Source of the DNA: an uncultured Prolixibacteraceae bacterium
Lineage (GTDB): Bacteria; Bacteroidota; Bacteroidia; Bacteroidales; Prolixibacteraceae
Assembly (NCBI GenBank): GCA_964584045.1
Contig: CAZOYZ010000002.1
Span: 1-46,911 of the forward strand
Length of the DNA: 46,911 bases
Direction of reading: 5' to 3'
Shown: piece by piece, positions 1 to 9,552 of the stretch
Position numbering within the stretch: the stretch's first letter is position 1
Layout of the letters: every line of letters begins with the position of its first letter
Made by a program: the position numbers and the translations under genes
Notes under the pieces: model-generated
Seen by the model: only the letters and a program-made list of their open reading frames with translations
What the model was told of the DNA's origin: nothing
Databases searched by the model: none

Positions 1-32
1 AGGATTTCCTGGATCATAGTCTGATTTTTTAA

Positions 33-2540
33 TTAAACAAAAAGGCTTCCGATCTGGTAAACCGCAAAGGCGGCAATCCATGCCAGTACCGTCGTGTAAA
101 CCGATGTAAAGGCAGCCCATTTCCAGCTGGCTTCTTTTTTAATGGCCGCCACAACCGCTATGCACGGGAAATAGATCAGTACGAACACCATCAATCCGAA
201 CGCCACCAGCGGTGAAAAGACTTTTTGACCGGTTTTAGGGCCGTTGGTAAAGGTTTGTTGCTGGAGTTTTTCCTTTAGGGATTGCGTATTTTCATCCGCA
301 TGAAGACTGGCCTGGTAGAGCACTCCCATCGAACTCACCACAATTTCCTTGGCAGCCATTCCCGTAATGATGCTCATCCCGATTTTCCAGTCAAATCCGA
401 GCGGAAAAATCACGGGTTCGATGAAATGCCCCATTTTTCCAATGAACGATTGTTCCTGGCGTTCTTCTTCCTTCAACAGGGTGAGTTGTTCCACCTGTCC
501 GGCTTTTTGGGTGTCGGTAAGTGTCTGGTCTGCTTCTACCCTGGTCCGCAACGCATCATAATCTTTCGAATATTCCACGTGACGGGGATAATAGCCAAGC
601 GCCCAGATCAGGATCGAGGCAAACAGGATGACCGTTCCCATTTTTTTCAGATACTGCGATCCTTTGTGCCACATGTGAATCGTCGTGTTTCGCAGGGTGG
701 GCATCCGGTAGGGCGGAAGTTCCATGACAAAAGGGACTTCTTTTTTTGCAAATAATGTTTTCTTAAAGAATAACCCCAGCAGCACGGCCAGTGCGATCCC
801 CAGAAAATAGATCAGGAACAGCAGGGCTCCCTGATACTCGTAAAAGAAGGCGGAGATCAGCAACACATATACGGGGAGCCGCGCACTGCACGACATAAAG
901 GGAATGATGAGCATGGTAAGCAGCCGGTCGTTCCGGTTGTCAAGGGTACGGGTAGCCATCACGGCAGGTACATTACAGCCAAAGCCCATGATGAGGGGAA
1001 TGAACGACTTGCCGTGAAGGCCGATCTTGTGCATCAGTTTATCCATGATGAACGCCGCGCGCGCCATATATCCCGAGTCTTCCATCAGGGATATAAAGAA
1101 GAACAGGATGAGGATGTTGGGCAGAAAGACGATAACCCCGCCTACTCCGCCAATGATCCCATCTACGATCAGATCATTTAACGGACCCGGGGGCACGCTC
1201 GTTGCGATGAGATCCCCTATCCAGCCTATCCCTGTCTCCATCCAGTCCATCGGATAACTGCCCAGTGTAAAGGTAGCCTGGAAGGTGAGCCAGATGAAAA
1301 AAATAAAGACCGGAAAACCCCATACTTTGTGGGTTAATACTTTATCGATCTCCCGGCTCTGGTCGCGCCTGACCTGGGCGCCCGGCCTGTAGGTTTCCCG
1401 AAGGGCTCCTGCAATAAATCCGTATTTGGCATCGGCGATCAGGGTTTCGGACTGGTCGCCCATCATCTTTTCAAGCCGGCTTGTCTCCCTGTCGGCGGTT
1501 TCCCTGATCGTCTCAAAGAAAGGAACCTGCTGCAACAGGCGCAGGGTAGGCTGGTCTTCTTCAAGCAGTTTGATCGCAAGGTAACGCGTTGAATAATTTT
1601 TATTCCGCTGCTCATCCTTCTTTAATGCCTCCCGGATGGCACGGATCGATTGCTCGATCTCAGCGCCGTAATTAATATGAACATGTCTTACAACCGGATC
1701 CCGTTCTTCATAAACTTCGATGATCCGGTTAAATAATTCCTTTAATCCTTTTCCTTTGGAAGCTACCGTGGGGATAACCGGGATGCCGATCATCTGCCCG
1801 AGATGTTTATAATTGAAGCGGTCCGCTTTCTTCTCCAGTTCATCATACATGTTCAGCGCAATGACCACTTTGATATTCATATCGATCAGCTGGGTCGTGA
1901 GGTAGAGGTTTCGTTCCAGATTGGAGGCATCGATCACATTGACTACCACATCCGGCCTCTTTTCGATAATATGATTTCTTACAAAAAGCTCTTCCGGCGA
2001 ATATTCGGTAATGGAATAGGTTCCGGGCAGATCTGAAATAACAAATGTATAGGGGGGCTGTTTGAACCGCGCTTCCTTGGCATCGACGGTAACACCGGCA
2101 TAGTTGCCCACCCGTTCGGTCGATCCTGACGCGTAATTAAAAAGAGTGGTTTTGCCGCAGTTCGGATTGCCGACCAGGGCGACCGAGATGGTTTTGCCTT
2201 TTTTTATCCCAGTGATCTTCATGCGGTGTTCGTCGATGGTGCCTTCAAATTTGCCAAACAGAAGGTCCCTTGCGGCAGAAGGTGAAACCACCTCGATCAT
2301 GTCGGCTTCACTGCGCCGCAAAGACACTTTATATCCCATGATCTCATACTCGATCGGGTCCTTCATCGGGGCATTTTTAATCACCCTCACCCGCTGCCCT
2401 TTTACAAAACCCATTTCGGAGATCCTTTTACGAAATGCACCTTGTCCCAGGACATGCAGAATGACACCCTGAGTACCGCTGGGTAAATCGGTTAATCGTT
2501 TACTCCTGATCTCAACGTTTGTATTTTGTAAAAACATCAT
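33..2540 (-). CDS. feoB: Ferrous iron transporter FeoB with fused N-terminal FeoA-like domain
   Basis: 835-aa ORF. The N-terminal FeoA-like segment (GQRVRVIKNAPMKDPIEYEIMGYKVSLRR) is followed by a G-domain (P-loop GNPNCGKTTLFN, DLPG) and a long polytopic membrane region typical of FeoB. Confidence 0.95.
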   Translation of the reverse strand: MMFLQNTNVEIRSKRLTDLPSGTQGVILHVLGQGAFRKRISEMGFVKGQRVRVIKNAPMKDPIEYEIMGYKVSLRRSEADMIEVVSPSAARDLLFGKFEGTIDEHRMKITGIKKGKTISVALVGNPNCGKTTLFNYASGSTERVGNYAGVTVDAKEARFKQPPYTFVISDLPGTYSITEYSPEELFVRNHIIEKRPDVVVNVIDASNLERNLYLTTQLIDMNIKVVIALNMYDELEKKADRFNYKHLGQMIGIPVIPTVASKGKGLKELFNRIIEVYEERDPVVRHVHINYGAEIEQSIRAIREALKKDEQRNKNYSTRYLAIKLLEEDQPTLRLLQQVPFFETIRETADRETSRLEKMMGDQSETLIADAKYGFIAGALRETYRPGAQVRRDQSREIDKVLTHKVWGFPVFIFFIWLTFQATFTLGSYPMDWMETGIGWIGDLIATSVPPGPLNDLIVDGIIGGVGGVIVFLPNILILFFFISLMEDSGYMARAAFIMDKLMHKIGLHGKSFIPLIMGFGCNVPAVMATRTLDNRNDRLLTMLIIPFMSCSARLPVYVLLISAFFYEYQGALLFLIYFLGIALAVLLGLFFKKTLFAKKEVPFVMELPPYRMPTLRNTTIHMWHKGSQYLKKMGTVILFASILIWALGYYPRHVEYSKDYDALRTRVEADQTLTDTQKAGQVEQLTLLKEEERQEQSFIGKMGHFIEPVIFPLGFDWKIGMSIITGMAAKEIVVSSMGVLYQASLHADENTQSLKEKLQQQTFTNGPKTGQKVFSPLVAFGLMVFVLIYFPCIAVVAAIKKEASWKWAAFTSVYTTVLAWIAAFAVYQIGSLFV

Positions 2541-2770
2541 CTCCCCCTCTTTAATTCCTTCATTTCAAGGACATCCTTCTCCTGTTCCCTCAAAATTGCT
2601 ACCCGGATGAAAAGATAACTGACAGACAAGTGCCTTTGTTCAAACGGATCCGCGAGTCTTTCCCCGGGAATTCAGGATGTTTCGCCGGTTTGTTTCAGTC
2701 AAAAGTAAGATTTTGCAGAAATCCTGTCAATCCCCACTAATGGGGATATTTGACGATAAAAAAAAAAGCA

Positions 2771-2778
2771 TATTTTTG
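2771..2778 (+). promoter_or_regulatory. Candidate Bacteroidota -7 promoter element (TATTTTTG) for gpmI
   Basis: Exact match to the TAnnTTTG -7 consensus of Bacteroidetes primary-sigma promoters, 36 nt upstream of the gpmI ATG. Confidence 0.4.
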
Positions 2779-2813
2779 CCATCCGATAACCTATTCAAAA
2801 AAAATCATAAGTT

Positions 2814-4343
2814 ATGGCTTTACAGAAAACCCTTTTGATGATCCTGGACGGTTGGGGGATCGGTGATGGTTCGGAACGTGATGTGATTGCCACGGCTCCC
2901 ACTCCTTTTATGGATTCGCTGATGAAAGAGTATCCGCATTCCCGGTTACTGACGTCAGGAGAAAATGTGGGATTGCCCGACGGGCAGATGGGTAACTCGG
3001 AAGTAGGGCACCTGAACATAGGAGCCGGCAGGGTGTTGTATCAGGACATGGTCAAGATCACCAAAGCCATCAGGGATCGCTCCCTGTGGCAAAATCCGGG
3101 TTTACTGAAAGCATATCAATACGCCAAAGACAATTACAAGAAAGTGCATTTGATCGGCCTGATCGGCCCCGGCGGAGTCCATGCGTTGAGCATCCACATG
3201 ATCGCTCTTTGCCGGATGGCCACGGATATGGGACTACAGGATGTTTTTGTTCACGGATTAACGGACGGGAGGGATACTGATCCCCGTTCCGGGTATGACT
3301 TTTTAAAGACCGACCTGGAAGCGCTGAAGTCAACCAACGGACGTTTTGCTTCCCTCATTGGCCGCTATTACGGGATGGACCGCGACAAGAATTACGACCG
3401 GATCAAACTGGCATACGATATGTATACAAAGGGGGAAGGTGAAAGGTCGACCGACCTGCTCGCGTCCGTTAAGGCCTCTTATGAGGCAGGTATCACGGAT
3501 GAATTCATAAAGCCGATCGTGATGGTCAATGAGGATGGCGGCCCCGTTGCCCTGATCGAAGAAGGGGATGTCGTGATCTGCTTTAATTTCCGTACCGACC
3601 GCTTACGTCAGACGACCATTGCCTTCACCCAGGAAGATTTGCCCCGGTTCGGAATGAAGACCATGAATCTGGAATGGTATACGATGACCAGCTATAAAGC
3701 AGATTTTAAGAATGTTCATGTGATCTTCAATAAGGAGAACCCGACCAACACGATGGGGGAGGTCGTCTCAAGGGCCGGGTTGAAACAAATCCGGATTGCC
3801 GAGACAGAGAAATATGCTCATGTGACCTTCTTTTTCAGCGGTGGGAGGGAGCCGGAATTTGAGGGAGAAAAGCGTATCCTGATCCCTTCACCCAAGGTAC
3901 CTACCTATGATCTCCAACCCGAAATGTCGGCGCCGGCAATTAAGGATGCGATTATACCGGAACTTCAAAAACAAGAGGCTGCGTTCATCTGCCTGAATTT
4001 TGCCAACGGCGACATGGTTGGCCATACAGGGGTATACGAGGCCATTTATAAAGCTGTAGCGGCGGTGGACCAGTGCATCGGCGAAGTCGTCACGGTCGCC
4101 AGAAACAACGGGTACAATGTGTTGATCATTGCCGATCATGGTAATGCCGATAACGCCGTTAATCCGGACGGATCGGCTAATACGGCCCATTCGCTGAATC
4201 CTGTCCCCTGCATTTATGTCAGTGATGACAGAAGCCTGAAGATCAATGACGGTATCCTGGCTGATATTGCACCTACCCTGTTGTCGGAAATGGGACTGGA
4301 GATCCCGGCGGAAATGGAAGGTAAAGTTTTGATTGAGAGATGA
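2814..4343 (+). CDS. gpmI: 2,3-bisphosphoglycerate-independent phosphoglycerate mutase
   Basis: 509-aa ORF with iPGM hallmarks (LMILDGWGIG, GNSEVGHLNIGAGR, ADHGNAD) and typical length. Confidence 0.95.
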   Translation: MALQKTLLMILDGWGIGDGSERDVIATAPTPFMDSLMKEYPHSRLLTSGENVGLPDGQMGNSEVGHLNIGAGRVLYQDMVKITKAIRDRSLWQNPGLLKAYQYAKDNYKKVHLIGLIGPGGVHALSIHMIALCRMATDMGLQDVFVHGLTDGRDTDPRSGYDFLKTDLEALKSTNGRFASLIGRYYGMDRDKNYDRIKLAYDMYTKGEGERSTDLLASVKASYEAGITDEFIKPIVMVNEDGGPVALIEEGDVVICFNFRTDRLRQTTIAFTQEDLPRFGMKTMNLEWYTMTSYKADFKNVHVIFNKENPTNTMGEVVSRAGLKQIRIAETEKYAHVTFFFSGGREPEFEGEKRILIPSPKVPTYDLQPEMSAPAIKDAIIPELQKQEAAFICLNFANGDMVGHTGVYEAIYKAVAAVDQCIGEVVTVARNNGYNVLIIADHGNADNAVNPDGSANTAHSLNPVPCIYVSDDRSLKINDGILADIAPTLLSEMGLEIPAEMEGKVLIER

Positions 4344-4355
4344 TGCGCATCGCTT

Positions 4356-4934
4356 ATGCTTGAAATTGGAAAGACTATTGTCAGTTTTGATGTACTGGAG
4401 GAACATTTCCTTTGCGATTTGATGAAATGCAAGGGGGCCTGTTGTGTGGAAGGCGACTCGGGAGCACCGCTCACAAAAGAGGAAGTGGTCACGATGGAAA
4501 AGATATATCCTTCAATAGAACCTTACATGACCTGCGAGGGGAAAGCAATCGTTGAGATGCAGGGAATCTCTGTGATCGATCACGATGGTGATCTGGTGAC
4601 TCCTTTGGTCAATAACCGCGAATGCGCTTTTACCTGTAAAGATGAACACGGGATCACCCGATGTGCCATCGAAAAAGCCTTTCTTGATGGTAAGATTAAG
4701 TTTCGAAAACCACTGTCTTGCCATCTGTTTCCGGTGAGGATTACCGAATATCAGCGTTTTGATGCTGTTAATTATCAGCAGATAGGGATTTGTAAACCCG
4801 GACGGTTATGCGGAAAGGGGCAGAAGCTTCCCCTTTACCAGTTTTTGAAAGAACCGCTGATCAGAAAGTACGGGGCTGAATGGTACGGACAACTGCATTT
4901 TGCGGCCATGCAAAAACCATGGGACCGGCGGTAA
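4356..4934 (+). CDS. Cys-rich DUF3109-like protein, function unknown
   Basis: 192-aa ORF with cysteine motifs (CKGACCVEGD, CAFTC, CHLFP, ICKPGRLC) resembling the DUF3109 family as I recall it. It starts 12 nt after gpmI. Confidence 0.7.
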   Translation: MLEIGKTIVSFDVLEEHFLCDLMKCKGACCVEGDSGAPLTKEEVVTMEKIYPSIEPYMTCEGKAIVEMQGISVIDHDGDLVTPLVNNRECAFTCKDEHGITRCAIEKAFLDGKIKFRKPLSCHLFPVRITEYQRFDAVNYQQIGICKPGRLCGKGQKLPLYQFLKEPLIRKYGAEWYGQLHFAAMQKPWDRR

Positions 4935-5038
4935 TCCGTCTTCATTTCCGCAGAAGCATAAAATCAGGTAATGCATCTGATCATTGTTCAGCAGGGATTT
5001 TGTATTTTTAAACGGCCAAAGCCGATCAGCAAAAACCA

Positions 5039-5881
5039 ATGAACATTGCTAAATTTTTGAATCAGCCGTTTACCTTACTCGATGATGTCCGTCACCGGTG
5101 GGTACTCATTTTCGTTTGTACAGGTTTTGGTATTGTTTTCATCAACGTATTTGTTCCCTTCAATATTAACCGGTGGAGCAATGATTCCGGGATCAGGGAA
5201 TTTATACGCCTTTCCGGTTTCGGACTGATTGCCGGTCTGATCTTATTCATCTCTCAGTTCGGCATTCGAAGAATGGCAGGTGTTAAACATTTTAATGTGC
5301 TGACTTTCGGGTTTTGGTTTATCGGGGAGATCAATTTGATGACCGCCGCTTTTCTTTTACATCAATCACCATGGGTCAGTCCCGGACGTTTTATGAACGA
5401 TTTTCCTGAAAGCCTGAAGTATACCCTTCCGGGAGTCATGATCCCGTATTCGCTGGCACTGTTATTGATTTCGCAGATCGCGAGCCGGAATAAATTGAGC
5501 GAGTTGAAGATCAAAGCAGACAAGCCGGTTTTTGAACATGGACTGCTGGACTTTCCTGACGAAAAGGGGGTTGTGCGCTTCTCCGTAGCCGGCGATCAGA
5601 TTCTGTATCTTGAATCGGCCGACAATTATGTCATCGTATATTACATGGCCGGGAATAAGCTCGTTAAGCAAATTTTGCGCAATTCCATGAAGAACATTGA
5701 GAACCTGTGCAGCTCCTTCCCTTTGGAAAGGTGCCATCGGTCATTTATGGTCAATCTCCAGAAAGTTGAATTTGTAGATCATGAAAGGAATAACTGCCGC
5801 ATCAAGCTTTCAGGAGTAGAAAAATTAATCCCCGTTTCCCGGAAGTTCTATCCAAAATTCAAACCATACGGCGACAGGTAG
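5039..5881 (+). CDS. Membrane-anchored LytTR-family DNA-binding protein (no receiver domain)
   Basis: 280-aa ORF. The N-terminal ~150 aa contain about four hydrophobic helices. The C-terminal ~100 aa look like a LytTR domain (ILYLESADNYVIVYY...CHRSFMVNL...IPVSRKF). Confidence 0.8.
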   Translation: MNIAKFLNQPFTLLDDVRHRWVLIFVCTGFGIVFINVFVPFNINRWSNDSGIREFIRLSGFGLIAGLILFISQFGIRRMAGVKHFNVLTFGFWFIGEINLMTAAFLLHQSPWVSPGRFMNDFPESLKYTLPGVMIPYSLALLLISQIASRNKLSELKIKADKPVFEHGLLDFPDEKGVVRFSVAGDQILYLESADNYVIVYYMAGNKLVKQILRNSMKNIENLCSSFPLERCHRSFMVNLQKVEFVDHERNNCRIKLSGVEKLIPVSRKFYPKFKPYGDR

Positions 5882-6037
5882 TCGGGTGATGTCATTCACC
5901 CCTGCATGAACGTGTTCGTCCCAAAATTTTTTTTTGTCTTTTCCCATCGCATAGATTTGTGCATGATTTCCCGGGGAGACCCGGAATGTTCAGAGGTCAA
6001 AGTGTAAAATTAATGAATCATTTAAAAACAGAAAAAG

Positions 6038-6424
6038 ATGAAAAAATTGAGTTTGTTCGTTTTACTTTTTTTAGGTGTGGTAATGTGCGTGAAAGGGAAT
6101 TCACCTGTTCCGGCAAAAGAAAACCTTAAAGGAACCTGGGAATATAAAGTTCCGGATGCGCCCTATGAATACAGCACAGGTACTTTTATTTTCGGAGAAG
6201 TTGACGGAAGGCCCACCGTGATCGTCAAATTTAAAAGCGGGGCAGAAGTCAAGGCAAAGGACGTAAAACTTGAGAATGACAGCATTTCATTTGGGGTCAC
6301 TGTGGAATATGAGTTGGTAAAAGTAACTGCAAAACTTCTGGATAATAAGATTACCGGAAAGGCCAGTTCTTCTCAGGGACTGATGAGCCTGACTGCTGAA
6401 AAGTCAAAGATGAAAACCAATTAA
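6038..6424 (+). CDS. Small secreted hypothetical protein
   Basis: 128-aa ORF with a Sec signal peptide (MKKLSLFVLLFLGVVMCVKG) and a beta-rich mature part. I recognise no family. Confidence 0.55.
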   Translation: MKKLSLFVLLFLGVVMCVKGNSPVPAKENLKGTWEYKVPDAPYEYSTGTFIFGEVDGRPTVIVKFKSGAEVKAKDVKLENDSISFGVTVEYELVKVTAKLLDNKITGKASSSQGLMSLTAEKSKMKTN

Positions 6425-6581
6425 ACCAACCGGAACTTCGGGTTCTGTAACTACTTTTCCCGGGCTTGCGTCGCCTGTTTCCTCAACATCGATAGATGCC
6501 GGCTAAGCTGCAAGTCCGGGGAAAGGACATCTCCGGCGCCTCATCTTTCCTCTTCCCGGATCTGCGAAGGCAACCGGAGCT

Positions 6582-6971
6582 TCAGGCCATCAATTCAATT
6601 CTGTTCCCTTCAGGATCAAGGACCGCCGATTCATAGAAACCATCGCCCGTTGTACTTGGTTCACGTACTATCTTAAAGCCATCTGCGCGCAGAGTTTCCG
6701 TCATCTCATCCACTTTCTGCTTTGAACCCATTTGAATCGCAAAGTGAATGATTCCCGTGAATTGCTTTCTCGGATCATTTTTTGACGGGGGAATTCCGGG
6801 CATCTGCATTAATTCGAGGTAACAATCCCCGTCAAAACTCAGGAAATATGATCGAAAGTCCTTGGTATGATTATAATAGCCTTCGTTGGTACTGGCGTCA
6901 AAATAATGCATATAGAAATTTCTCATACCTTCCAGATCGTTCGCCCAAATGGCCACATGTGTTATTTTCAT
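6582..6971 (-). CDS. VOC (glyoxalase/bleomycin-resistance/dioxygenase) family protein
   Basis: 129-aa ORF with a typical VOC start (KITHVAIWANDLEGMRNFY), an internal HFAI segment and the end (DPEGNRIEL). Confidence 0.8.
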   Translation of the reverse strand: MKITHVAIWANDLEGMRNFYMHYFDASTNEGYYNHTKDFRSYFLSFDGDCYLELMQMPGIPPSKNDPRKQFTGIIHFAIQMGSKQKVDEMTETLRADGFKIVREPSTTGDGFYESAVLDPEGNRIELMA

Positions 6972-7112
6972 AATGCACCTGTTTTTGGAAGTTGTTTACT
7001 AAGTTACCAAAATGTTTTGATATTTCATGGGATAAATTGACAGGATGTTCCGGGATTTAATTATTTTTACAGATCTTATGAGGCATTTATTGTAGAGTGT
7101 TAGTGTTTAATT

Positions 7113-8759
7113 ATGATTAAGTTGGATAGGCTGACCTTGCCTGCAATGTTGCAGGTAAGCTTTGAGAGGTACGCGGATCGGCAGTCGCTGGTTTTTGTCG
7201 GAGAGGAAAGAAGGAGCTATCTGGAACTGCGGTCTGAAGTGGAAAGATTAGGTAACCGCTTACGAAATCTCGGGATTGGTAAGGGTACGAAAGTGGCCAT
7301 TTTGAGTCATAATATGCCGAACTGGGGGATTGCTTTTTTTGCCATTGCGTCGGTCGGAGCCGTTGCAGTTCCCATTCTGCCCGATTTTCATCCGGACGAA
7401 ATCACGAATATCCTGAAGCATTCGGAAGCAGAAGCCATATTTGTTTCCGGGAGCCTGAGAACCAAACTTGCGCCTGAAGAATATCCCGTGCTGCGTATCT
7501 TGTCCGTCGAAAATTTTCAGGAGCTTAATGCGGCAGATTACCCGGCCCCGGTTGTGGCCGAGAAGACTCCCGTTGGTTTTGAATATGAAGACGTGGATGA
7601 AGACGATCTGCTTTCGGTCATTTATACTTCCGGAACGACGGGAAAATCAAAAGGAGTGATGCTGACCCACAAGAATATCGTGTGGAATGCCGGACAATGC
7701 CGCTTTTTTCAGCCGATCAGCGCGGATGACCGTTTCTTATCGGTATTGCCGTTATCACATACGTTTGAGAATACCTTAGGATTGATACTGCCGGTGATGC
7801 ACGGAGCATCAGTCCATTATCTCAGCAAACCGCCTTCACCGGCAATCCTGTTGCCTGCGCTCCAGGTAGTCAGACCAACCGTGATGCTGGTTGTCCCTCT
7901 GATCATCGAGAAGATCTATAAAGGGAAAATAATCCCGCAGATTAACGGTAAAATGATTACCCGCGTACTGTACCGGTACCGCATTTTCCAAAAATTGCTG
8001 AACCGGCTGGCAGGGAAGAAATTGTATGAGACCTTCGGGGGAAAGCTGAAGTTTTTTGGTATTGGCGGGGCCAAGCTGGACAACCAGGTTGAACGGTTTT
8101 TGATGGATACCACTTTCCCGATGGCTATCGGTTACGGGTTGACCGAGACGGCTCCGTTGCTTGCCGGTGCTGTCGGAAAGAACGTACGTTATTTGTCCAC
8201 CGGTATCCCGCTTGAAGGGGTAAAACTACGTATAGCCAATGCGGATCCGGTTACCGGAGAAGGCGAAATCCAGGCAATGGGTGAAAATGTGATGAAAGGA
8301 TACTTTAAAGAACCTGATCTTACCGCAGAGGTCTTTACACCGGATGGCTGGTTTAAGACCGGGGACCTTGGAAGGTTCGACCGATCCGGGTTTCTTTATA
8401 TTAAAGGCCGGATCAAGAACATGATCGTGGGGGCCAGTGGTGAGAATATTTATCCTGAGGAAATTGAATCGGTCATCAACCGGATGGAATTCGTGCTCGA
8501 GTCGTTGGTGGTCCAGCAAAAGGGACGCCTGGTGGCCATGGTGCATCTCAATATGGAAGAGATAGAAGAGCGTTTCAAACAGCTTAAAGATGAAGCTGTT
8601 TCTCAGCTCAACGCCCGCATCGATGAAATTCTGAACGAAATTCAGAAGAAAGTAAACGAGCAGGTCAATAATTTTTCGAGGATACAGCAGGTGGTGTTGC
8701 AGCCGGTTCCCTTCGAAAAAACCCCCACATTCAAGATCAAACGCTTCCTGTATTATTAA
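7113..8759 (+). CDS. AMP-dependent acyl-CoA synthetase (long-chain-fatty-acid--CoA ligase-like)
   Basis: 548-aa ORF with the AMP-binding signature (IYTSGTTGKSKGVMLTH), GYGLTET and TGDLG motifs. Confidence 0.85.
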   Translation: MIKLDRLTLPAMLQVSFERYADRQSLVFVGEERRSYLELRSEVERLGNRLRNLGIGKGTKVAILSHNMPNWGIAFFAIASVGAVAVPILPDFHPDEITNILKHSEAEAIFVSGSLRTKLAPEEYPVLRILSVENFQELNAADYPAPVVAEKTPVGFEYEDVDEDDLLSVIYTSGTTGKSKGVMLTHKNIVWNAGQCRFFQPISADDRFLSVLPLSHTFENTLGLILPVMHGASVHYLSKPPSPAILLPALQVVRPTVMLVVPLIIEKIYKGKIIPQINGKMITRVLYRYRIFQKLLNRLAGKKLYETFGGKLKFFGIGGAKLDNQVERFLMDTTFPMAIGYGLTETAPLLAGAVGKNVRYLSTGIPLEGVKLRIANADPVTGEGEIQAMGENVMKGYFKEPDLTAEVFTPDGWFKTGDLGRFDRSGFLYIKGRIKNMIVGASGENIYPEEIESVINRMEFVLESLVVQQKGRLVAMVHLNMEEIEERFKQLKDEAVSQLNARIDEILNEIQKKVNEQVNNFSRIQQVVLQPVPFEKTPTFKIKRFLYY

Positions 8760-8830
8760 AATCAGTCGTGACTCTTTTGTGATCCTTCTGTGATAAACAC
8801 ATTCTATCTTTCGGCTGTTTCCTTTAAAAA

Positions 8831-9532
8831 ATGCTCATGGAAAAGGCGTTAATCATCGAAGATGATAAGGATATATCCGAACTGATCTCCATCCACCTGT
8901 CGGATATGGATTTGAACGTGGATAAGGCTTATGACGGCAAAGACGGTCTGATGAAGGCACTGAACAACAGGTACCGGTTTATCCTGCTCGATATCCGGCT
9001 GCCGTTGCTGGACGGTTTTGAAGTCTGTAAACGTCTGCGTATGGAAAGGAACAATACCCCGGTCATCATGATCACCTCCAAGTCGGAGGAGATCGATAAG
9101 GTGCTCGGCCTGGAAATCGGGGCTGACGATTATATCACCAAGCCTTTCAGTATCCGTGAATTGCTGGCCCGGGTAAAAGCGGTTCTGCGCAGGGCCGAAA
9201 GAACTCCGGCAGATCCGGACTCCTGTGAATCCGAAATCCGGTGTGATCATCTCTATATCAATGTTGGCTTGCGTATTGTCGAAATCCGTGGACAAAGAAT
9301 AGAATTGTCCCCAAAAGAATTTGATCTCCTGATCCATTTGGCCTCCAATCCGGGTAAAACCTATTCGCGCATGCAATTGCTCAACCAGGTCTGGGGCTAT
9401 GAGTTTGAAGGCTTCGAACACACGGTTAACTCGCATATTAACCGCTTGCGTTCCAAACTCGAAATCAATATGAATCAACCGGAATACATCCTGACAACCT
9501 GGGGAGTCGGTTATAAATTCAGGGAAATTTAA
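8831..9532 (+). CDS. OmpR-family response regulator
   Basis: 233-aa ORF with a receiver domain (LIIEDD, phospho-acceptor context ILLDIRLP, ITSKS..DDYITKPF) and a winged-helix output (LSPKEFDLL...TTWGVGYKF). The start could instead be the ATG at 8837. Confidence 0.9.
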   Translation: MLMEKALIIEDDKDISELISIHLSDMDLNVDKAYDGKDGLMKALNNRYRFILLDIRLPLLDGFEVCKRLRMERNNTPVIMITSKSEEIDKVLGLEIGADDYITKPFSIRELLARVKAVLRRAERTPADPDSCESEIRCDHLYINVGLRIVEIRGQRIELSPKEFDLLIHLASNPGKTYSRMQLLNQVWGYEFEGFEHTVNSHINRLRSKLEINMNQPEYILTTWGVGYKFREI

Positions 9533-9552
9533 TTTGAGAAAAAATAAAGAAA

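Noticed and set aside
5884-5936. GGGTGA-N6-TCACCC hairpin after the LytTR gene as an intrinsic terminator.
   Set aside because: The T-rich run lies about 25 nt downstream of the stem rather than adjacent, so this is not a canonical terminator and I did not list it as a feature.
8849-9478. 209-aa ORF antisense to the response-regulator gene. Similar long antisense or overlapping ORFs occur at 282-755, 3888-4406, 12191-12652, 20472-20900, 22247-22777, 23547-24200 and 40179-40694.
   Set aside because: Each lies fully inside a gene whose product has clear family motifs on the other strand or frame. Their translations are low-complexity or His/Arg-rich with no recognisable domains, so they look like typical shadow ORFs.
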